Of a stretch of 64,000 nt of DNA, positions 22,561-36,900 are shown piece by piece. How positions within the stretch are numbered: the first letter of the stretch is position 1; every line of letters begins with the position of its first letter. A program made the translations under genes and the position numbers. The notes beneath the pieces are model-generated. The model did no database searches, was not told the origin of the DNA, and saw nothing but the letters and a program-made list of their open reading frames with translations. This DNA is from Guillardia theta CCMP2712 (taxonomy: Eukaryota; Protista; Cryptophyta), in contig NW_005434528.1 in assembly GCF_000315625.1 (NCBI RefSeq), positions 98,230 through 162,229 on the forward strand, in the 5' to 3' direction.

Positions 22561-24942
22561 GAGGGTCCAATCTCTTTCAAGCACCCAAACAGATCTATAA
22601 AAATTCAAATTCTGAAAGAGCATTGCTGAGACCTTTGAAACTTCAAACTCGGCACGGGAGTACACAAGGATGGTGTACTCAGAAGGCTGAAGAGATCGGA
22701 GTAGAGGAGTAGGAAGAGGAGACAGGGGAAGAGGAGGAGGAAGAGTTTTATTCCCTTTTATTCCCCCCTGAGATGCCCAGAAGCTGTCTTGGGCTGTCCT
22801 TGATGTGCTTGCCCAGCAGACTCTGAGCTCTGCAAGCAGTATCCTGTCAAAATCTGAGCTCACTGAAACTCCCTGGAGCTGCAAATGATGGACATTGCTT
22901 TCGGCTTGTTCCCGCCGCATGACGTCACCATCACGTGCCATGGGACTTGGTCAAGTATCACATACGACGATACTAGAACCCTGTGGCGGCTTCCTTTGAG
23001 CCATTGTCTCATGCGCACAGACACGCAAAGAACGTGAGAGGTGGACGATCTTCTCGCATCGGATGAGCTCGAGGGAGAGGAAACAGGGAGGGTAAGAAAC
23101 CTGGCTCAAGCTCCTCTCACATGATACAAGTCTCCAGCTAAAGCTGCTCAGCTAGGCTGCACCTTCCCAGCTCACCTCAAGGATCATCCCATTGGGTGGC
23201 TTGACAAGAGTCAGCGCAGCAAAACTCGAGGACACGCAGCCGGCAGTCAGAGGCTTGCAGGGTGAGCTTATAGAGGTCGTAGGTGACCGACCGGATCCCT
23301 CGCTGACTCTGAGGACTCGAAGTCTCCTTCTAGCCATTGTCATGAAGCTCTCAAGGAAAAGTCGGGGGTCAGTCACGTGACTGAGAGGGAAATGGGGGCT
23401 GTGGGTGGGCAGGTAAGGACTGTCGAGAAGGATAGGGGTTATGCAAGTACGGTCATGTGACTCGAGAGCGTCAGAGCAGGGGCTGATGTAGAGCAGGAAC
23501 TTGCAAGATAACCAGACGCGAGAGAGGAAGGGGACGAGGGAGAGAGAGGAAGGCAGAGGTGTGGGAGAGGAGCAGATATCAAGACGAGCTTGACGAGTGT
23601 GGGACAACCTCGCACTTGCTGGATTACTTGTACATTCATGCCTTAATTCGTTATCTGTTCATGCATCTCTATCATTTCGATCTGTCAGGTGTTCCCCACA
23701 CGGAACACACCTGACGGCTGAGGACCTGCAAGCTTGTGGTTGTGAAGGGTGGTGCCAGCAAGCAGGAGAACAACCGGGTCTCAAGCCTCTCAAGGACCCA
23801 CCTCAGGACCTCTAAGACTGCCACGTTGTCTCCTTGGGTTGCAACATCACTCGGACCCTACCTGGTCTGTTGCAGAGGAAGGTACGGGTCTACTTCCTTC
23901 TTGTTGCCGAGGAGGCATGCAGAGCAAGACATCTTACATCGGAGAATCGTGTAAGAAGGATCGAAGGGGTGAGACTGAAGGGTCTCTGCCTCCACGCTTG
24001 CGTGTGCCCTCCTCTCTCCGCTGCTTCCTAGCATGACCTGAGAATAAACTCCTTTGAGTGCAGACCTGTCTCGTTGATGTTCGAGGTTTAGTGAGCATTC
24101 GCTCTGTGGCTGCTCAGACGTTGACCTGGGGTGTAGCACGACCTCAGCTGTTTGTATCATCTCTCGGACAACCTCTGCCGAGCTCCCTCCTTCGCCAAAG
24201 GTCCTGGCTTGGCTGGGATCTTGAAAGGTCGAACGAGCGTAATATTCACATGCACCGCTCTAAGAGTCTATCATCAATGTTGAAGTCGTATCTGCCATTC
24301 AAGAGTCTCTCCCCCTTTTTCATTCTTGTTGAGCTTCTCCTCTAGATTGGCATACACTGAGGCGTACCCTCTCCTAGGAGAGTCAGCGTCTTGGCTTCCT
24401 CCATCGGTTTCAGAACCACTCTCTGGTTGCTTCGTTCTAGCCAGTCATCGATTGTTCTGGCTTCTGCTCAGGGGCTGGACCTGCCCACTTGGCAAGCAAG
24501 GGGCTCGCTTCCCTGCCTCTTGTTCTCACTGAGTCAGTTTCAGCGCCGCACTTCTTCCAGCCCCTTGCTTGCCAAGTGGGCAGGTCAGGTGAATGTCAGC
24601 GAGAGCCATGCGGTGTGTAGACTTAGATAGCTGTAAACTTGAGCTAAGTACCTTGATACGATATGTAAGGGCAAGTCAAGTCTACCCCACCCACTAGTAG
24701 ATGAGCTCCTGCATCTACTAGTGGATAAAACCACGAGTAGTCAGATCTGATTTCTTCTAGATTGCTTTACCTTACTTTGCATTCTCCTTGCTTCTTTCAC
24801 ATAGTACTTGTCGCTACAGTCTTGCAAAAGCTCAGCAAGTTCGCTTTTATTTCTTATCATTCGATAAAGAGGATGGCTCGTGTAGAGCTCTATAAGGCAG
24901 ACAGCAGCTACTACTGCCTGCCGGATCATCAAGTAGCCGCGC

Positions 24943-27900
24943 TCACGACATGCCGTAAGCCATGGGCTGCTGGCCGTACGTTGCAACATTAACCGGCATG
25001 GGAGCAGCGGCTGAGTAGGGCTGAGGCAGGTAGACAGGCCCCATCTCCTCTTGTACCTTCTTGCCTGCGAGCTTCGGCGCGAGGAGCTTGTAGGCGAGCA
25101 GGCCGAGCAGAGCTGCTCCTACCACGCCCCCGATGACGCCTCCGATGATGGCTCCGATGTTCTGACCTCCTGCTGGAGTCGTCGACGAGCTCGCGCTCGC
25201 TGGTGTGGACGCTGCTGACGAGGCCCCAACGAGCACGGCAAGCTTGCGCGGGTCTGTCTTCCATGCAAACATCCTGCTGCTGGCAGATAGCAGAGCAGTC
25301 TTCTGACCGTTGGAGTAGGAGCCCGCAATGGTGTCGTTGAGGTACATGTCGGCTGTAGTAGCTGACGACGTCGACACGATGAGCAGGGCCGGGCTGCTCC
25401 AGGTAGAGTCCAGCACGGACGGTCGGCTGGTGATGGAGTAGGAGTACGCGCCGCCATCTGACACCGACAGGCTCTGCTGGGGTACAGCCTGATCGCCCAA
25501 TATCTGACCGAAGGAGTCCAGCACGAACACGGGCGAGCCTGGCTCGTGAGGGATCGGAGAGCTGGCGTTGATGGCGTTGGAGCCGTTGGTAGGAGACAGC
25601 AGTGAGCTGTCTGAGCTCGGGTCATACCCGTCCATCCTGTCCTGGAAGTAGAGAGGGTCTGCTGGGAACCTCCAAGGCTGGTACGTCACGGGGTAGTTGA
25701 GGTTGGCTCTGATCAACCTCTGTGTGAACTTGTCCGTCAGGTCGACCCCGAGGTAAGTCTGCTGGACCAGAGGGCGGTAGGAGTAAGTCGCTCCTCCGAC
25801 CGCCTCTCCTTGCGCATTGTTGTCAATGAACCTGTTGAGACTCAGCTGGAAGGATGGCCGACTTGTCACCCCGGCTCCTCCCGACAGCACGTGGACGCCA
25901 GACACTGCGATCACTCCAGCCGCGTTCATGCTGTACACAGGCAGAGCTGTGAAGCCCGACGAGCCCAGCAGACTTGACCTGACGTTGAGCTGCCAGGAGA
26001 AGAAGGCGTTGGGGATGTTGTAGGGCGTGTTGGTCACGTGAGCAGCCGCCGACGTTCCTCTCAGTCTGCGATCATCCGCGGGGACGGTGCCTGAGGCGGG
26101 CTGCCGGATCATGATGATCTCCTCGTCGAGCTGTGCCCAGACGTCTTGGTAGCTGCTAGGGGCCTGCAGGATCGAACTGGGAAGGGCGATGGAGCCCAGC
26201 TGGGAGATGTACCTCAGTTGGTCGCTGCGTCGGGTCATAAGAGTCACAGAAGACGTTTGCGATGATGTCGTTGGGGTAGGAGAAGTCCATGTGACTGATG
26301 CTGCGAGCTTGTGAGGGGCAGGATCAGTGCCTGCTTGAGCTCGAGAGACTTGGAGGAGGTTGCCGTTGATGTTGTCTATCCTCATAATCTCGTTGTCGAT
26401 TACGAAGCTGTCGCCGGCTCGGAACCCGGAGGCGTCGAAGAGGATGATGCGCGTAACCGTCGAGTCAATGTCTAGAGCAAGCTTTGACCTGGCGTAGCTC
26501 TTCTTGGAGACTGGTAGCAGCTGAAAGGTGTCGTACACGTCATACAAGTAAGAATCACCTTCACCTAAGTTTGGGCTATATCCTCCTGACGTGAACTTGA
26601 GGCGGACTTCGTTCTCAGAGGATGAGATGACTTGTGCCGTCCCGCCTTCTTGATTGCCGTTATACCACGAGAACAAGACGCTGTCACCGGGAGATAGTGC
26701 GGTACCGTTGATGACGTCAAACCTCTCGTACTTGTACAGGGCTGATGTGTCTTTTTTGAATTGAAATTGAATCCAAGAAGAAGTGAATAGAGTCACATCA
26801 AGATAGTAATTTCCGACGACCTGCACTTGAAACACTCCATATGTCTTAGTTTCCACATCAATGATATACACGAAGTCTCCAGGGGAATAGAAGTCCGAGA
26901 CTTGAGTGGACAAGTATATGGTATAGGTAGCCCATAGATCAGTCATTTCATAAGTCGAGTTGAGGCGCCTCAGACCTTCAGTTTTCACAAGGTAATCTTT
27001 ATAACCTGAACCGCAAGATGGACTTTGATGATCAGGTACATCAGGTATTACAAGTTCTACGGTGATGATACCTGCATTGATTCCTGTAATTTTGAAAATT
27101 GTGCCCCAACCATTCACGATGTCTCCAACTACAAAGTCTGAAGTCCTTGTCATGGTCAGCTCTAAACCACTAGCACCAGTGCAATACGGAGGGTTGAGGT
27201 AAGCTGGCTGAGCAATGGTCTGCACAAGCGCTCCAGCTGAGACGCTGCGTGCCTGTGGATTCCCAAGCCACTTAGGGATCAATTCTCGACGCACACTGCC
27301 GTCAGACTGATACTCCATCACATCTATGTACTCCATTCCGGCTTGGCTATCATAGTTGATGGCCCACAAGAGATCTCCAGCTTGAAGTCCGTAAGTGTTG
27401 GAGAAGTTCGCGTTCGTTGCGGTCGAACTGATATCGTGCTCGAGGACGCGAGGGTTGAATAGAAGATTCACAGATACTCCTGTATAAAATGTGGATTGAC
27501 CCTTGTTCGACTGGAATTGAGCTCTTTCAACCGTCAGGTTCTGATAGAGATGCTGCGATACGTTAGCCGTCTCAGTGCTCAACACCAACATCGCCTCAAA
27601 ATTGGAAAGATAGTAATCATATATCAGCAGATAGTCGCCTGGTTGAAAGCCTGACGACTGTGTATCCTTCACTGGGTCCATGACACGTAGAACAGTGTCT
27701 TGAGATGTGAGATCTTCCAACAATATCATATTCGATCTGTAGATGGAAGGGATTTCACTCGAGTCAAAAGGGGTGGTGCTTGCTGATCTCATTGTTAGCT
27801 TCACCAGCACTCCCGTCGGGTACGATGACGCAGATGTTCCTACCTGCGCTCGCTTGACGGTAAGTGTATTGCCGGATATCGAAGTGACTGTCATGGTCTC

Positions 27901-30900
27901 GCCCAGCACCTGGATGAAGGCCCCCAGGTAGAGGAGGCTCGCGTCTGACACAGAGAAGGTGGTTTGACTGGCTGTCACGGCTTCCAATAGAACAATGGGA
28001 TACTGTTGCAAAAGAAGGACGTAGCCCACCGCCTTGTACGCCACGTGACTACTTGCGATCGTCCCTCCTTGTGCTCGTAGGACAGTCAGCGACGAGGCTC
28101 CTACGGCAGTGACGTACATGACCTCCTTCTCTACCTGGATGTATCTGCCCGACGTGAACTTGCCGGCGTTCGACACGTCAATGCTGGTCGCGTCCCTTGC
28201 GACGCTCTTGAGCAGCACGGAGCCCGGGTTGAAGGTCCTGACAACGGTGCCTGCGGCGAAGGTCGAGGCTATGCTGGAGTTCAGCGCGCCTCGAGTGACC
28301 GTGAGAGTGCTCTGCTGGACGCTGATCGCGTCCACGAGCAGGACTTCATCTACGAGTCGGATATAGTCGCCCACCTTGAAGCCCGACACTGATTGCACCT
28401 CCAGCACAGCCGACCTGGAGCTCTGCAGGAGCCGACGAGCCGCCTGGTCTCTGAGAGCCACAAGAGTCGTGACAGGGAAGTTGCTGAACGAGCCGTAGAC
28501 TGCGTTGATGAAGCCGGGTCTGAACAGATAGTCCACTCCGGTAACCTGGCCCGCCAGGTTGCGGACAGAGCTCTGATCGAAGGACAAGTCGCCCGGCCAG
28601 TAGAGAGGGCCCGGCTGAAGGGCGTCTGAGCTGGGGCTGTCGGTGAAATAGAGTAGAATCTCCGCGCACGGATACGCTTGTCCGGCATCCGAAGGAAACT
28701 CGAGCCTCAGCGGGTTAGGCGTGCTGGGAGAGAAGCCGAAGCCCGCGTTGAGCAGGACTGGCTGCTGGGTCCGAGCATCCCACCCGATGGCTGCCAGCGC
28801 CTCATCAGCGACCACGCTCGACAGCGAGGCATCAAGCACTGTCGACAGGTAGGAGGGACAGTTGTCGGCCGCGCAGGTGCGGGCGGAGCAAGGGAACGTA
28901 GCACATGCGCTGCACTGCGAGGAGCCTGAGCAGGAAGGCAGCGGGTTGAGCTCTGCTTGCGAGTAGGCGCTGGTGCAGAGTTTGGAGCCCGGGCAGAGAG
29001 ACTTGACAACAAACGACCCGCTGCTGCAAGTCGGCTGGACGTTTGCGGCCCCCTGGTTGAGCTCTGGCAGCGAGACGTTCCTCACGAGCTCGACCCGAGA
29101 CGCGACCATCCCACTTCTCGGGTAAGCGCCGAGAGTGGGAGCTGGGCATGCCGGCAGCGACCCAGACGAGGAAACGAGCTTGATGCTCGGAGCGGTCAAG
29201 TAGCCGGATCCTGCGTTGATGACTTTGAGCACGTACTGGTAGGGAGCAGCGTCGGCAGCGAAGCCCTTGCTGGCTGCTGTCGAGCTCGCAGACGGGCCGT
29301 TGGTGTAGGGGTCCGCGCTGGTGTCGATGTAGTCGAGCAAGACCTCTGCCTGCACTCCGCCTGAGGGGGGAGGCTCCACGAGGACGCGCGGGGGCTGACA
29401 GAGCGAGGCGGACGCGAACGTCTCGTTGCCTGTGATCTTGAAGATCAAGGAGCCTCGCGGGCCTTGGAAGCCCTGGCTGCGTCTTGCCGTGTAGACGTTG
29501 CTGGAGGAGTACGCCGACGGCCCGCTCGACACGCGCATCTGCAGCGTCTTGCGCGTCCTGTAGTCTCCTGCTGCTCCGTCCGCCGGCGAGCAGACTTGCA
29601 GCCCGTCGCGGTTGCTGGGCGAGAAGAAGGCGCTGCTCGCTACCGACTGCTCGCACGAGCCCGAGCACTCTCCGCTCACCGTTGCCTCCACCTGAAGCTC
29701 TGAGGCAGTGCACACCTGGTTGGCGATGGAGTTGGCGTTCTTGTCAGCACAGGCGCTGCTGGAGCATCCGCTGCAGCTGAAGGTCGCGATGGGTCTGGAG
29801 CCCGAGCTCTGGTATCCGTATCCCTCGTGGGTGATGAGAGCTCCGTCGAGAGTCAGGCCTGTCTGCTGTGCCACAGTGCCTGAGGCTATGACGAAGCCCG
29901 AGTAGACGTTGGTGCCCTGGTACGCCGTGTTGAGCGAGAAGAAGGAAGGCTTGCAGAGCGTCTGCTGGCTGCTGCTGAGGTCCGCAAAGTCTTGTCGGTA
30001 GCTCTTGACCGCCCCTCTGACGCTAAACTCCATGTCGACAACGATGGGGATGTTGGCGTACCCTTGACCCTGCTGTACGATCTCGTAGCTCGGAAGGCTC
30101 GCGCCCGCAGCTTGGGAGACTTTGATCTTGAGCACCTGCCCTCCTGGCCGCTGCGGAGAGCTGAACACCAGCACCGACCCATCGCAGCTGAAGAGATTAG
30201 TCACGGTCGTAGGCCCGTTGTAGTGCACTACCCCATCCTCACCGCTTACAAGCCTCGACCCCGAGACAGGAAAGGACCAGGTGGGGACCGCCACGGCGTT
30301 GGCATGAGCGTCGACCAGACCTTTGGCGTTGATAGCTGACGGGCTTATCTTCACGCTTGTGAACCCGAACGCAAACCCCGACACCCCCTGCTGGGGGACC
30401 GTCACTGCTGTGACTCGAGAGCTGTTCCACGAGCCGCCTGCCCTCAGCATCGTCTGCGTGACTGCAGTGCTGCAAGCCTTGTTGAAGCCGACCACCACCG
30501 GCGAGTCCATGGTAGAGTGGAAGGCGGGAGCCTTCGACGATGACGTCAGCAGCGCCGACTGCATGCCAGTGTACGAAGAGGCTCTCGAGCCGGCCATGTG
30601 AACGTCTGAGGTCGCGAAGCCTAGGATCGCCCGGGCGCTGCCGTCTGTGCACGGCAGGGTCACAGCTGGCGGATACTCGTACCCGGACCCTCCGTCGATG
30701 ACCTCGATCGAGGTGACGCCGCCGTTGGCAGCTGTTTGAGCCCTCGCGGTCCTGCCCGAGGGCGGAGGCTCGATGGTGATGGGTCCTGTGCAAGACGACG
30801 ACGGTAGAGACGTCACGACTATCGCAGCCACGTATCCTGTTCCGACCTCAGCGTTGGACTTCCTCGCATCATATCGCTTGTAGAGAGCGACCGCGGGGAA

Positions 30901-33900
30901 GACGGTCGAGTGCAGGCCAGTAAGGGAGTCGAAGTGATCTCGCTGGGGGTGGTACATCATCAGGTTGGAGTCTGCTGTCACCCGCAGACGAGAGGTGAAG
31001 TTGTGAGACAAGTGCGCTATGGCAAAGGCGTCACAAGGCGTGTTTGAGTTGAGGTTCGTAAGCGTCACGGTAGGCGGGAAGAAGTACCCTCTGCCCGCGC
31101 TGGTGAGGGAGATGCTGGTGATGGACCCTCTGCTGACAGTCGCGATTGCCATAGCCTGAGAGCATAGAGAGCTGTCGGACGAACAGACCGGGGTGTTGGT
31201 CAGCCCATCAGTCACCCCGTCCTTGTCGGGACTGGAGATGGTGACCTGGACGTTGGCGCTGCAGCTTGTTCCTGGAGTCACGATCTCGATCCGCTCGATG
31301 CCTGACCTCTGCCCCTCGAGCATGAACACGCCCGACAAGCTCCTGCCAGAGGTGCAGGTGCCGTAGAACCTCCCGGGTCGGAGATAGCCCGTACCCCAAG
31401 TAGAAGGAGGAGCAAACACAGGCACGCTCCCTCCGACGCTTGTCATGGTCTCAGCATGGTTGACCGTCACCCCGTCGGACGCCTGGGGTCTCTCGATGTC
31501 GCTTCCCTGGATGGTGCAGGTGTCGCCTGACGACATGGCACCGCCGAGCACAAGCATCCGCGAAGCAGCAGAGCCCGCTAGCCTGACGTTGCGAAAGCTG
31601 ACGGGCGTCGCGAACTGAAACCTCGTCCTCTCTCGGATGGTCTTGGAGGCGTCATCTGTAGAGGGAGTGACGAACGCGTTGGGGTTGCTGGGGACCGACT
31701 TGAACCGGTAGCCGGGGATGCTGATGCTGACGCTCTCGCCCTGTCGGATCCACTTGCCCTTCGCCACCTGCAGCTGCAGCTGCGTGTAGATGGTGTAGGG
31801 CTTGTTGGCCAGGTCGATGCTTCTAGGCTTGTTGCCCTTGAGGTCTGCCACCCAGTAGACGCCGCCTGCTCCCTGCTTGATGACGTACTCGCTGGACCCG
31901 ATCATCGCTGTCATGCCGGTGTACCGACCGACCTGCTCCTTGGGCACGACCTGACAGTCGCTCAAGAAGGAAGTCGGAAACTCTTCCGCCACCACAAAGC
32001 ATTGTCTAGCTGGGTTGTAGTCGAGGATAGACTGGGTGACAACGGTGCTCGTCACGTTGGTCAAGGAGACGTCAAACACTGGAAGCTCAAGCTGCTGGAC
32101 TGTCGAGGGCAGGCCGACACTTGGCTTGAGCGAGGTGGTGATGGTGGGGATGGACGTGTATCCGCTGCCTTGAGACGTGAGGCTGGCACTCGCCACAGAG
32201 ACAAGCACTCGCAGCTGGGTGTTCTTCCCGGACACGGTCGCATACGGATATCCGGAGTACAGCCCGGGGGCAGTGACATGCACAGCTGGGCTGGTGCTGT
32301 AGAGAGAAGAGATGGTAGCATTCGCCGGCAGGACTTGGTAGGTAGCATCGAAGACGATCGTGTCACCAGCTGCCAACAAGCTGCCTGACACGTACTGGAC
32401 TCCCACCACCTGGTACAGCAGCGTCCCTGTTGCCTGATCGGTCGCGCCAGATGCCACAAACGTCGGCGCGGCTCCTGATACTCCCGAGCTCTCCGAGTAT
32501 CTCCCGCTGATGACCACAAGGCCCCCGTGCCGCACTCGCACGCTTGTGACCTGACCGCCGGCTGTCACCGTGTGCTGATTGTTGCGGCACTTGAGCTGCA
32601 TGCCGACATAGTCCGACGGTTGAAGGAGGTTGACGCTGGTGTTCCTGTAGCAGATGTCCTGCGTGTACCCTAACGACGACGAGGCTCCGTTGGTCACCTT
32701 GGTCAGCACCAGCGTCTTCGATGGACCCCCGAAGGTGATGTCGCTGTCCGGAAGGCCCCACGGGCAGGACACGCGGCTCCAGCACAAGTCCTTGTTCTTG
32801 TTGTAGCCATCGTCATCCCGCGACAGCACAAACAAGCCGTCCACGTCTCCGTCTCCTGACCGATGCCTGTTCCCGTCCGCCACCCAGCCGTTGCTGATGT
32901 ATGCTCGAGCGCGATCTTCCTGGTAGTAGTTGAGCTCCCACTCCAGCTGCGTGGTGAAGGTGGTGAAGGCCGGGTTGGGCGACGACGTCACGCCGAAGAT
33001 GGGACCCGTGACAACGTCGTAGGCAGGCAGGTTGACGAGGAGCGTGTCGCCTTCGTAGAGGTTATGCTCGGGAGTGACCGTGAACACGACATCTCTGCTG
33101 GGCTGCTCCTGGAGCTGCATGCTGGACTTTGCTCGGACCTCGTAACCACTGTCTAGCGTCGCAGACACAAATGATAAACCCGACGTGACCGTCAGAGCTT
33201 GAGCGCTGGCGGCAGTGCCCTGGTTGACCAGCTGCAGCTGGACTGTGTAGATAGAGTGATCGTAGACGATCGCTTCTGCTTGCGCGCCGCTCCCGGAGCC
33301 CGAGGGGTCGACGATCAAGACTCGAGGACGCATCGTGTAGCCTGAGCCAGGCGCTGTCAGGCTGATGGACGTGACGGCACCGGAGATCACGGTCGCGGCT
33401 GCTGAGGCAGAGCTGCCGGCAGCAAACACTACCCCAGCAGCTGTGCATGTCGGCTTCGTCCAGAACTCAGCTCCAGGCGTAACGTCGCATATGATCACAC
33501 TAGCATACTGATACCCCGACCCTCCCGCTGTGACCTCCACCTTGTACAGGCCCTTGGATCGGCGAGCATTGACGTTGTAGAACGGGTCGTAGACGGAAGA
33601 TGAGTACTGCGTTGACGCCCCGGTGTACGAGATCTGTATCGTGTTGTCGAGGTACTTGCATACGCTGTTGAACACAGCCGCAGGCGCTATCCCGTTGGCG
33701 CGATGCTTGTTGGTAGCGGCATTGACAACCTGGCCGTTCCTAGCTATCGTACATGGGATGTCCGATGATCCAGCGTTCTTCATGCTGACAAACGATCCGA
33801 CTGTGATAGTCTGACCCGAGGTGAGAGGATAGTTAGGCTGTAGCTCCATCGTCAACCAGACTGTGCTGCCTGTCACATTCGATCCCGACCTGATGTTGGA

Positions 33901-36900
33901 CGATATGAACTTGCGATCTGAGATGTAGCCCGCACACCCTGACGGCTCAGACGTGTAGCCGGCTACCTTCCTGGTCACATCATTGTTGCAGAGATACGAC
34001 TGAGCTCCTCGGTACACGGCAGGTGCAGACGGTGAATCTACTGTCAGCGAGACCTGAGGGCAGGTCGCTTGTCCTGTCTTGACGTTGGTGAGCTGGAAAC
34101 AAAACTTGTACTTGGAGTTCTGCTGCAGCGACTGTGACGGGCCCAGCTGAAACTGTATCGTTGACTTGTCATACGTCGCGTAGTTGTCTTGCGGGCTAGC
34201 CCCAACTGTCTGGAACAGCCCGCTGGTAAGAGGCGATACCCCATACTCATCGTACAAGGCTACTTTGGTACCGGAAGAGAACATGTCCAAGCCCGTCAGA
34301 GTGAAGGTCGTCGGCGCATTGATAGACTTGCTGGGTCTCAAGGTAATGCAAACAGGGTTGACAGCTCCAGGAGCCGGACTCAACTGCCCGATGTCATACT
34401 TGTTGAGCAGCTGCCTCGTCAAGTAGAGAGCGTGCAAGTCTTTGCGCATCGGTGACGCCATAAGCTGTGGGCTCGACAGCTTGTTCTCAGCAAACTGACA
34501 TGACACGGAGACAGAAGGGCTGGCCTGCTCCGTCACGCCATTCGTCAAGGTGTAACTCCATGCATATGTCCAGCCAGCATGCATGCAATTAGACGGTCGA
34601 CCCTTGACAGGCAGCTGGCAAGCTCCTGGAGCAAGAGTGACTACGAGCACTCCTCGTGCTTTGTCCCAGCTCGACTTCTGGATGTTGGGGAAGTACTGGT
34701 CTGTGATGGCAGCAGCAGACAAGGACGTCACGGCTGTGTCGGCTCCTGTGAGACCAGAGATGGTGATCTGAGGACTGTAGACGGAGCTCAACAGGTCCAT
34801 GTTAGACCTCAAGGTGACGGTAATGACGTTCTTCTCCTGCACGACCGAGGTTGACTGGGCGATAACTCGAGTCAGGAAGCTGTAATCGTACGTCTTGAGC
34901 ACGCACACGTCTCCGTCTGTCTCACCGTCCTCGAGGGCTCTATCGACACGGTTCTGCACCATGTTGACCGTCTGCGTGACCAAGCGGTTGCCAGGGCCAA
35001 CACCAGAGAAGCTCATGGTCACTGATTGACAAGGGTTGGAGACCTTGGGGTTCTTCAGCCTGAGAGCGAACACAATGTCCTGCTGCTGAGGGATCGAGTA
35101 GTACATCTGACTCGCAACATCGTCCTGGTTGACGGTCAGGACGGCTGATCCAGACGACCAGCTTGTCGTATGATGGAGTGTACCTCCCGTAATCTGGTCG
35201 ATGAAGTGAGCTGTTGGCGGATCAGACTCGGGCTGTAGCTGCATCAAGCTCCAGTCGTATGACGGACAAGCCTTCACGAACAGCGCGGTTGTCGTTTGAG
35301 ATCCCTGTAGGCCTGAGATAGTAATCTGGGCCAGGTTGTTCTGACCTTGGGTGTTGGAGAGCGTGGAGACACGAAAGTTGCTTCTCAGCGTCACGCAGAT
35401 GTAGTTGGCAACGTCAGGACGGGTAGTCGATTGTCCGATCTTGTACTTGATAAACCCAGGACTCAGCACCGTGCCGACTGTGTTGCCGATGTTCTCCACA
35501 GCCTCCGCGCTCACCACGTCTCCTCCTTTCTGCATACTGACAGTCATCGAGCACGCCGGGTGAGCCAAGTCCAGGTTCCGCCAAGTCCATGACAGAGCGT
35601 AAGTACCGCGAGCAACGAGACTCAAGCTGCTCGCCACAGTGATCTTGAGAGGTCCCCCGCCACTCCAGTCCAGCCTTGAGCCTGGCCAGTAGTCGGCAAG
35701 GTCGACCTCGCTCGGGTTTCCAGTACATGTGTCGGTCAGCGGCGTCCCGCCGTTGAGCCTGTTGCTGACTAGAGAGACATAGGCTGAGTTGCTCTGGGAG
35801 CCACAGAGGCCCTGAATGCTGATGACCGACCCTACCTCGACGTTGAAGTTGGGCCGGAGCGTCACAAAGAGGTTGGTCAGTGAGCCAGGGTCGCTTGAGC
35901 TTTGAAACATCGACACCCTCAGCTTCTTGCCCACCACCTCCAAGATCCTCGACGACGAGTCAAACGAGGTCGGCGCAACCGTGATCGCTACAGACTTGGG
36001 TAGCGTACAGAAGTCATTGGTCAGACACGCCTGCCCGGACATTGACACTTTGAGGTCTCGAGACGACTGAGGGTTGCCACCCGTCACAAGACTGAAGGAG
36101 AAGGTCAGCACCTCTCCAGCTTGGATGTAATGCCCGGGTATGAGCTGAAAGGTCAGGGTCCCGTCAGCCTTGAAGTCTGCTGAGCCGACGGTGTTGGCGG
36201 TGGTGGACGTTCGAAACCTCGCAGGCATCAAGTCCTGCACGGGGCTTGAGCCTTGGCATTGACACTTGTTCTGAAAGAGCCGCACGGGCTGACTGGTGGT
36301 AGAGGCTCCCGTCAGTCCGGTGAGAGTGATGGTGGTGGGATTGACGCCAGCCGAGTAGAGGGTGGCCGAGCTGATCAGAGTGACGGTGATGCAGACAGCT
36401 TGATTGGGCCCATCGTTGTTGCCTGACGCTGCCGCATAGACGAAGGCTGGAGGAGCTACGGTGCCGACGGCTCCTGCTCCTTTCCTGGTAGGGATGGGAG
36501 GCAGGTCCGTACCAAACCTCACTGAGCGATACTGGTCGAAGGGAACTTGATACACCAGGAGATCGCTAGTGCAAGGCGTCGACGGAAAGTCACTGATCGC
36601 CCTCACCGCACAGCCTCGTGAAGATCCAGATGCCTGATACACGGCCACATTCGCTAGCTGATACCAGTGCTCGTCTATCCCTCCGATGGGCGGGAGAGGG
36701 CCCAGCCCGTTCTGCTTGCCGTGAACGTCATAGTTCTGATACAAGGAGACCTTGCTGATGTACACGCCTGTGATGGGCTGGGATGAGGACATGAGGAGAC
36801 GGAGCGTCTCTTTCTGTGAGTCCCAATGACACATGGAGAAGGAGTTTGCTTGGAGCTGCTTGAGATCGAAAGCGTTCGACGAAAGGTCCTGGGTGATCCC

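Noticed and set aside
23100-24600. Possible LINE APE-endonuclease relic on the minus strand (QARLDIC)
   Set aside because: Too degenerate to support by eye.
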